A DNA stretch of 64,000 nucleotides from Podarcis bocagei (lineage: Eukaryota). Both the position numbers and the translations under genes were made by a program. The notes beneath the pieces are model-generated. The model searched no databases. It saw only the letters and a program-made list of their open reading frames with translations, and was not told the origin of the DNA. Positions 57,701 to 64,000 of the stretch are shown here, piece after piece. Location: NCBI GenBank assembly GCA_964188305.1, contig OZ076894.1; one strand, 5' to 3'. Positions within the stretch are counted from its first letter, which is position 1. Each line of letters opens with the position of its first letter.

Positions 57701-60700
57701 GCCGACGCCAGGTTGATCTTGACGTTCAGGAAGCCCATCAGCTTCTGCCAGAAGTTCGAGATGAACTGCCGCCCGCGGTCGGACAGAATAGACCGTGGCA
57801 GACCGTGAACCTTGAACACGTGGTCTATGAACAGTTTGGCGGTTTGCTCCGCCGTGGCCACCTTAGCACACGGAATGAAATGCGCCATCTTGGAAAACAG
57901 GTCCACCACCACCAGCACTGCCGTCTTGCCCCTTGAGCTGGGCAGATCCGTGACAAAGTCCAGGGCCACCCTTTCCCAAGGTTCGACCGGAGTTTGCAGC
58001 GGCTCCAACAGTCCGGCCGGCGGTTTGTGCACTGGTTTGGCCCTCTGGCAGGTGTCACACCTCGCCACGTAGTCTGCGACCTCCCCTCTCATTCCAGGCC
58101 ACCAGAAATCCCTGGCTACTAATTCCACCGTCTTCTCCTTGCCAAAGTGCCCGGCCGTGGGCGCGTCGTGCAGCTGCTGCAGCACCTTGGCTCGAAGTTC
58201 GTCTCCCGGCACGTAGATGGCCCCTTTACGGATGAGCAATCCATCTCTTAGCTGGAAACCGTCGGCCGCTGCCTTGCCCCTTTGCACCTCTGCCATATTT
58301 GCTTGTGCGAAGGAGTCCCCCTGCAACGCTCGCCGCACTGCCTCTAGGTCCACGGTCGCCGCGGCGCACGCCCACACTGTCGGTGCGAAGATGTGCATGG
58401 CGGCCGCTGGTGTTGCGTCCTCCAGATACTGTGGCTTACGGGAGAGAGCGTCTGCCATGATGTTGGTGTCCCCCGGGACATACTCTATTCGGAAGTCGAA
58501 GTTCGCAAAGAACTCAGCCCAACGTATCTGCCTCTGGTTCAGGAACTGTGCCGTGCGCCAGTGCTCTAGATTCTTGTGGTCCGTGCAAACCTGCACCGTG
58601 TGCTTGGCGCCGATCAGAAAGTGCCTCCACGCCTTGAACGCTGCATGAATTGCCAGCAACTCCCTGTCCCATATGGTGTAGTTCTGCTCGGACTTGCTGA
58701 GCTTCCTGGAGTAAAACGCTCCCGGTCGCCACACCCCCTGCGGGTCTTTCTGCAGCAGGACCGCCCCCACGGCTCTGTCCGAAGCGTCTGTCTCCACCCT
58801 CATCGGCTTGCTGGGGTTGACATGAAGCAGCTGCTCTTCCGACGCGAAGAGACGCTTGAGTGCCTGAAAGGACTGCTCCGCCTGCTCTGTCCAAATGAAC
58901 TTCTTTTTCTTGGAGCTAAGCGTGTCAGTGATGGCCGCCGTCTGCATCGCGAAGCCCTTGATAAACTTGCGATAGAAGTTCGCAAAGCCGACAAACCGTT
59001 GGACCTCCTTCCGGTTGCGCGGGCTCTTCCAATCCAACACCGCTCGAACCTTGGCGCTGTCCATGGCGAGCCCCTTGTCAGACAGCTTGTAGCCCAGAAA
59101 ATCCACCTCCGTCACGTCAAATTGGCACTTCTCCAGCTTGGCGTAGAGCCTATGTTGCTTTAGCCTGCTCAGCACTTCCTTGACGTGCTTGTCATGCTCC
59201 TGCTGCGACTCCGAAAAGATCAGGATGTCATCTAAGAAACAGACGCACGTCTTGTAGAGAAGTCCCGCCAACACGTGATGCATAAATGCTTGAAAAACGT
59301 GGGAGCCATTTTGCAATCCAAAAGGCATAACTCTATATTCGTAGGTCCCCAGGGGCGTGAACATGGCTGTCTTCCACTCATCACCCTCCCGCATGCGAAT
59401 GAGGTTGTACGCCCCCCGCAGGTCCAACTTGGTGAACACTCTGCCCTTCCGTACCTTCGCGAGGAGGTCGTCAATTCGGGGCATGGGGAAGTCCGATGGC
59501 CTAGTCACACTGTTCAAAATCCTGTAATCCACTACGAGTCTCTTTTGGGGCGTGTCCCGCTTCTTAACAAAGAATACGGGACTGCCCCCCACTGCCTTGG
59601 ACTCCCGGATGAAGCCGCGCTGCAAATTATGATCAATGAACTCCTTGAGTTCTTGCAGTTCGTCCTCTGACATGGAATACAGTTTCCCTTTAGGCAGCGC
59701 CGCCCCCGGCAGCAGGTCAATTTTGCAGTCATATGGTCTGTGAGGGGGTAGCCTGTCTGCCTCCTTCTCGCAGAAAACTTCCAAAAATTCAGCGTACTTG
59801 TGGGGAATCGCTTGCAGCGTGCCTAGCAGCAGCTGTGACTCCTCTTCCTCTCCTTCCTGCCTGGGCACGATGCAGTGTTCAGCACAAAAGGAAGAGCCGA
59901 AGGTCAGCTGCCTCTGGTACCAAGCCATCGTTGGGCTGTGCTTGTCCAGCCAACTCATGCCCAATACAACGGGCGTGTCAGATAGTTGAGTGACGTTGAA
60001 GCTGATGATTTCTCTGTGATTCCCAAGTCGCATCACCATTGGTGGCGTCTGCTTCACCACTTGCCCCCCGAGCAGCTCCCTGCCATCCACCGTGACAACC
60101 TGCAGGGGCAGTGTGGCCGGCAGCAACTGCACAGCGTGCCTGTCGACAAAGTCCTGCCCTATAAAGTCCGCATTGCTGCCTGAGTCGATGGTGATTGGCA
60201 CGTCTATGGTGATTCCATTGGGCAGCTGGAGAGATGCTGTGAGCCTCACTACTGGTTTGGGCGGGAGGGGGTTCACGGGCTGTAAAATCTCTGGGGACTG
60301 CGTCACTAACACGTCTGGCTGGGCCCCAGTGCCTCTTCCTCCAGCCAGACTGCGTCGTTTCCCTGCTGTGGTCCTCCTTGCTGCGTTGCTGCAGTCACCA
60401 TTGCTGAGGCTGCAGTGAGCTTGTGGGGCCTCTGGGGACACTCTTTTGCCATATGCCCTGGTTCCTCACAGACGTAACACTTCCTGTTCCCTCTAGGAGG
60501 CTTCGCTTTCACTGCTGCCGGTGCTAGGGCTCTGGTTGCTGACTGAGCCCTTGCACCTCCAACCTCCATAGGTTCGGCTCCTCCTCCTGGCGGAGGCGTG
60601 GATTGCGCCCGCGCTGCTTCTCTGGGAAGGAAGGAGGGGCCCCCGGCTGGTTCGCGCCCTCCACGCCCTTCTTCCCTGCTCCACGGACGTCCTTCCAGCC

Positions 60701-62916
60701 TCACCCCCACTGCCAGTGCCCTCTGAACGACCTCCTGGGTGGTTCGGGGTCTCTCCCCCCTCGCGATCTCATCTTTAATCGAGTTGTGCCGCCCCTCCCA
60801 AAAGAGGTCTCTTACAGGAGCCGAATCTCTGTCCCATTCCAGGGCACTGACCAAGGCGAAAAAGCGGGCATGATACTGCCTGACGCTGGCCCTCCCTTGT
60901 CTCAGCCCATGCACCTCCTTCCGTGCAAGATCCACGTCAATACTTGATAAAAAGCACCCATCCATTGCTTTAATAAAGGCATCCGCATTCTGGAGCGCCG
61001 GATCCTTATCTCTCCATAAATTGCGTAGCCATGCTTTCGCATCCCCATGCAAATGAGACATGATGAACCCCACTCTCTCTTGTTCATCTCTAAAGTCTTT
61101 ATGCAGCAGTTGCAGTGCGCACAGTACGTCGGCTCTAAAGTTGGGATACTGTTGCAGGTTCCCATCGAAGTGAGAGACTAGCCCGCCTGTCCGTCTCGCC
61201 AACCCAATTCCCTCCTGCCGGGGTGTCTGCTTTGTCAGCACGTCTAACCTGACCTGGAGATCCCTGCAGGCGGCAGCTGCCTCCTCCTCTCTCTTCCTGG
61301 ATGCGAGAACCTCGGCGTTCAGTTGTGCCACTGCTTTTCTGAGGTCCTCTACCTGCTGCTCAGCCGTCATGTCGTCTGCCGTTCGTGAGCTCGCTAGTAG
61401 GCACCTGTTTCTCTCCCCTCCTCGAGGCTGTAGATGCCCACAATGACGAGACGGAGCTTACTGTCAGAGCTGCTTGAAGATCCTAGCTCACAGAGGATCA
61501 CGCTAGCCAGCGATCATTAAGTAAAAGTCTTTATTGAATTACAGTTTCCATTCTCACGCTGCTGCGCGCAAACTCTACGTCTAGTAGCTAGATCGGCGAA
61601 GCTCCGTCTGAGTCTCCGCCCCGTGTGCACCAACTTAATATCCTAGCCTTGCTCCACCTTTTCCGCCTGACTGTCCTCCTCTGGGTCCCTCTACCCCCCG
61701 GGGCTTCTTCCTTCCGGGATTCTTCTGACGCTGACCCGGACCCTCCTGCCTCCTTGCGCCGGGCTTTAGGACCTGGTTCCCTTTCGGGGCTGCTTACTGC
61801 GCCGCCTTCCTCTGCATTTGAACTTGGCGCGCGCGCCCAACCTTCCACTTTCCTCTTAACCGTTTCTTCGCTCCCCGATGGAGGCGTGGCCACTCCTGAC
61901 TCATGCCCTCCCTCCTGTGGTGAGCTGCCAGCGCTTCCCCCCTGGCTCCCTTTCTCTTCCCTGCTTCCTGGCGGTGACGCTGGTCCCGATTTCCAGCTGC
62001 TCCCCCCTGAGTCCCCTCTGGCTCTATCTTCCTGGGGTGCCCCCCTAGACTCCCCCCTTGCCCTGGCCACTGGTGCTCCTTTCTGTGAATCCTCTGATTC
62101 ACTGGAAAGACTGGGAGATCTCGGGTCGTCGTCATCACTCATCTTTTCTTCTGCCTCCTCCCCTTCGCTCTCTGTCTCCTCCCTTGCCCGTGCCTCTGCT
62201 CCTAAACCCCTGACAGATATGTATTCAAATATATGGTTTTATTTTTTCAAAACCATTGGGTTTATTTAAATTTTGATTCTTTTTTTACGTCAGCTTCCTT
62301 GTAACATTTCATTGTATCAGTCATTATAGTACGTGTGTGTATTTATTTGTGTAAATAAGAATTTCATTTATGAGTGGCTTCCCATGAGGGGTGCCGAAGC
62401 AACTTACTATGCAATAATTTATATGAAACAAATACGGAAATAGCAAGAACAACTGCACACAGGGAAACAATTTAAAAAACCAAAACATTTGTAAATGTAA
62501 AGGGAGTTTAGAATACTGGACAAACACTGAATGGGACAGAGATGTTTAGCAGGGGAGGCAAGAGACGAGGGCACCCGTCTCTCTCCCACAACAGCAAGGG
62601 GTCCCAAAGGGTAGGTGCTGGGTGTGGTGTCAGCAGGCTCACAGAAGCAGGGAATCGTAAAGTTGGAGAGACTCCCTGAAGAGGAAGCTTTCGGTCTGGG
62701 TGAAGAAGCAACACAGGAATCCCATTGGCTCACACTTACCCGGGCAGCTCTGGGCTGCAGTAGGGGGGCAGAGCGCTCCAGCGGGCAGGAGGAGGTGGAG
62801 GTGCTCCTGGTCTGGGCTGTGGTCGTGGAACCAGCCCTTGAAGAAGGTCTCCAGGGCCACCACATCATTCTCCACAGTCTGGAGGTCAAGGACTGCGCCC
62901 AGGGTCACAGCGCTCT
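51782..62916 (-). CDS. M1AP: Meiosis 1 arrest protein M1AP, last 6 coding exons (5' part outside window)
   Basis: Exons 62740-62916, 55003-55159, 52997-53138, 52546-52764 (GC donor), 52114-52257 and 51782-51913, phases consistent. Motifs DLQTVENDVVALETFFKGW, KCDAQERLL, YGLPLVIRPTSCWRMNWDELEANQQLF, KRNWLLLAK and KARAMVAPL. Tail-to-tail with DOK1. AATAAA on - strand at 51549-51554. Confidence 0.9.
55669..56422 (-). repeat. 3' LTR (754 bp)
   Basis: Copy of the 5' LTR, preceded on the - strand by the PPT. AATAAA at 55737-55742. Confidence 0.95.
55795..60441 (-). CDS. pol: Retrotransposon Pol (PR-RT-RNaseH-IN-degenerate chromodomain + long acidic/basic tail), expressed by -1 frameshift near 60360
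   Basis: IDSGS protease. LDLRGAYN/MPFGL/FLDD RT. TDAS...ELLA...TDHKNL...ADALSR RNase H. HHCC and D,D-35-E integrase, GPY motif, chromodomain-like EILDSR...YFL...NSWVP. No internal stops. Confidence 0.95.
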   Translation of the reverse strand: MSPEAPQAHCSLSNGDCSNAARRTTAGKRRSLAGGRGTGAQPDVLVTQSPEILQPVNPLPPKPVVRLTASLQLPNGITIDVPITIDSGSNADFIGQDFVDRHAVQLLPATLPLQVVTVDGRELLGGQVVKQTPPMVMRLGNHREIISFNVTQLSDTPVVLGMSWLDKHSPTMAWYQRQLTFGSSFCAEHCIVPRQEGEEEESQLLLGTLQAIPHKYAEFLEVFCEKEADRLPPHRPYDCKIDLLPGAALPKGKLYSMSEDELQELKEFIDHNLQRGFIRESKAVGGSPVFFVKKRDTPQKRLVVDYRILNSVTRPSDFPMPRIDDLLAKVRKGRVFTKLDLRGAYNLIRMREGDEWKTAMFTPLGTYEYRVMPFGLQNGSHVFQAFMHHVLAGLLYKTCVCFLDDILIFSESQQEHDKHVKEVLSRLKQHRLYAKLEKCQFDVTEVDFLGYKLSDKGLAMDSAKVRAVLDWKSPRNRKEVQRFVGFANFYRKFIKGFAMQTAAITDTLSSKKKKFIWTEQAEQSFQALKRLFASEEQLLHVNPSKPMRVETDASDRAVGAVLLQKDPQGVWRPGAFYSRKLSKSEQNYTIWDRELLAIHAAFKAWRHFLIGAKHTVQVCTDHKNLEHWRTAQFLNQRQIRWAEFFANFDFRIEYVPGDTNIMADALSRKPQYLEDATPAAAMHIFAPTVWACAAATVDLEAVRRALQGDSFAQANMAEVQRGKAAADGFQLRDGLLIRKGAIYVPGDELRAKVLQQLHDAPTAGHFGKEKTVELVARDFWWPGMRGEVADYVARCDTCQRAKPVHKPPAGLLEPLQTPVEPWERVALDFVTDLPSSRGKTAVLVVVDLFSKMAHFIPCAKVATAEQTAKLFIDHVFKVHGLPRSILSDRGRQFISNFWQKLMGFLNVKINLASARHPQTNGQAERVNAIMQQYLRCYANQQPATWVDYLPLAEFAYNNTKHVSTGVTPFFANNGRHPRTFPGLERMGEGEPQTADAFASELQEVHDQLRRHLELAKHAYKVQADKHRRVGEELHVGDWVWLAAHAVPARSLAKKKLGHKQLGPYQVEEQVNPVAFRLALPEGSRMHPVFHRSVLTPYKAPHRFQEPGTAPSPARDRTGHAGAAQKERINEVTEILDSRWGEEGVEYFLAKEGTPASANSWVPGYALDEPLLKDEFHALFPHRPMPADFFDDWLFTPTLSASTFRGFDSDEEPTRDVRSPEGSPSGSVSEPSYWWDDRPEEQFRRKWLDCSGRATPPGGSEGETDMDIFGDDPGFEHGGTEMEAEVTVVDESREEDPEEFRWRPATGSDRYPTFVPLQQQPPAPAPEGGEGGLGGFEGGMDVRGLGAEARAREETESEGEEAEEKMSDDDDPRSPSLSSESEDSQKGAPVARARGESRGAPQEDRARGDSGGSSWKSGPASPPGSREEKGSQGGSAGSSPQEGGQESGVATPPSGSEETVKRKVEGWARAPSSNAEEGGAVSSPEREPGPKARRKEAGGSGSASEESRKEEAPGGRGTQRRTVRRKRWSKARILSWCTRGGDSDGASPI
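60306..61370 (-). CDS. gag: Retrotransposon Gag (coiled coil, capsid, CCHC zinc knuckle), 354 aa
   Basis: LRQG major-homology-like segment, EPMEVG and CYVCEEPGHMAKEC (CX2CX4HX4C). Confidence 0.93.
   Translation of the reverse strand: MTAEQQVEDLRKAVAQLNAEVLASRKREEEAAAACRDLQVRLDVLTKQTPRQEGIGLARRTGGLVSHFDGNLQQYPNFRADVLCALQLLHKDFRDEQERVGFIMSHLHGDAKAWLRNLWRDKDPALQNADAFIKAMDGCFLSSIDVDLARKEVHGLRQGRASVRQYHARFFALVSALEWDRDSAPVRDLFWEGRHNSIKDEIARGERPRTTQEVVQRALAVGVRLEGRPWSREEGRGGREPAGGPSFLPREAARAQSTPPPGGGAEPMEVGGARAQSATRALAPAAVKAKPPRGNRKCYVCEEPGHMAKECPQRPHKLTAASAMVTAATQQGGPQQGNDAVWLEEEALGPSQTC
61462..62215 (-). repeat. 5' LTR (754 bp)
   Basis: TATTAA at 61635-61640, predicted TSS about 61609, AATAAA at 61530-61535 (all - strand). 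One visible mismatch to the 3' LTR. Confidence 0.95.
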
Positions 62917-63768
62917 CTGCAGGGAGAGGAAAGGAGCCCCATCTGCACATGCCTGGGTATCCCCCCCCCCCAACAATGGCTCAGCCTGGGCATCCCAACA
63001 GGTTCCTGCCACCCCCCAGAACAAGGAGACAGCTCCCTTAGAGCAGGCCCCCTGCCCGAAGCCCACAGCTCCTGGAGGGTCAGCGTGTCCTTTGAGTGCC
63101 CCACTCCCAGGCCTCAGGAGGAAAGGAGCTGCCAGCCTGGCCAGCCCATCCTGTGCCACCCTCCAGGGCCATGAGCTGCCTGCGTTCTAAGTCATCCCAC
63201 TTGGTGGCTGCCGTCTCTGCCTCTTCTGGGGGCCAAATCTGTGCTTCGTGTCCTGAGCCTCCCAGCCTCCAGCTTCCTTGGAGGCCTCTGGTTCCAGCCT
63301 TGTGAAACGCTCTCGCTCCACTTTCTCCGCACCAGGTACCCTCCTATAAGCTATCAGGTCCCCCTCCTCCCCCAAAGCCTTACTGTTTTTCTGAACAGCC
63401 TCCTCCTCCGAACATGAGAAGCGCCCGCTGGATCAGGCCCGTGCCCATCTAGTCCAGCACCCTGTTCTCGCAGGGGCCAAGGGGATGCCCCAAGGGACCT
63501 GGGCGCAAGAGCAGGACTCTGCCCCCTCCTGGGCTTTCTGGCATTCACAGGCCTGGCTGTCTCCGAGGGTAAAGGCAGAGCAGAGCCCTGGCCAGCCCTC
63601 TCCTCCTAGGAGGGTCACTCCAGCCCAGGGATCACGTTGGCTGCCCTTTCCCGGGCCAAATGTTGTCTCTTATTGCAGCTCTGCTCTATCTTTTCTGAGG
63701 GGGACAAGAGGAACTGCCCAGAGTAGGCCAAGCACAGATGCAAAACATTTAGGAAGCACTTTGAATGG

Positions 63769-64000
63769 TGTCAGGGGTTCAGGAGCAGAGGCAAGGGCAA
63801 GGGAGGAAACAGAGAGCGAGGGGGAGGAGGCAGAAGAAAAGATGAGTGATGACGATGACCCGAGATCTCCGAGTCTTTCCAGTGAATCAAGATTCACAGA
63901 AAGGAGCACCAGTGGCCAGGGCAAGGGGGGAGCCTAGGGGGACACCCCAGGAAGATAGAGCCAGAGGGGACTCAGAGGAGAGCAGTTGGAAATCGGGACC
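63769..64000 (+). mobile_element. Second, diverged LTR of the same family in opposite orientation (truncated by window end)
   Basis: Starts TGTCAGGGGTTCAGGAGCAGAGG. About 11 substitutions and a 2-nt deletion against the intact LTR over 232 bp. Confidence 0.92.

Larger units (their letters stand above)
55669..62215 (-). mobile_element. Full-length Ty3/Gypsy LTR retrotransposon (Tf1/sushi-type chromovirus-like)
   Basis: Direct LTRs at 55669-56422 and 61462-62215 with TGTCAG...CTGACA ends. 5-bp TSD GATAT (55664-55668, 62216-62220). PPT GAGGGGGGGATGGA next to the 3' LTR. Intact gag and PR-RT-RH-IN order. Confidence 0.97.

Noticed and set aside
61440-61461. tRNA primer-binding site
   Set aside because: Does not begin with TGG. 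Better explained by 11-nt complementarity to the element's own LTR.

Overview
GC-rich vertebrate genomic DNA, most likely squamate. The repeat families point to a lacertid-type lizard, which is an inference. Most of the window is syntenic with human 2p13.1. Gene order: INSYN2-like (+), a 6-exon BNIP3/NIX-family paralogue (-), AUP1 (-), HTRA2 (+), LOXL3 (-), DOK1 (+) and the 3' part of M1AP (-). All exons were assembled by hand from splice sites and reading-frame phase. An intact, very young Ty3/Gypsy (Tf1/sushi-type) LTR retrotransposon sits in an M1AP intron. It has 754-bp LTRs differing at one visible base, a GATAT target-site duplication (TSD), a self-priming primer-binding site (PBS), a -1 frameshift signal, and a pol ORF that runs through the polypurine tract (PPT) and all of U3. 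A second, older, inverted LTR of the same family starts at the window end. Three copies of a short TSD-flanked Penelope-like retroelement belong to a family carrying a minimal hammerhead ribozyme. One copy is a perfect 122-bp palindrome hinged exactly at the predicted ribozyme cleavage site. CR1, L2, RTE and SINE fragments, a hAT-type MITE and a 140-N gap are also present.
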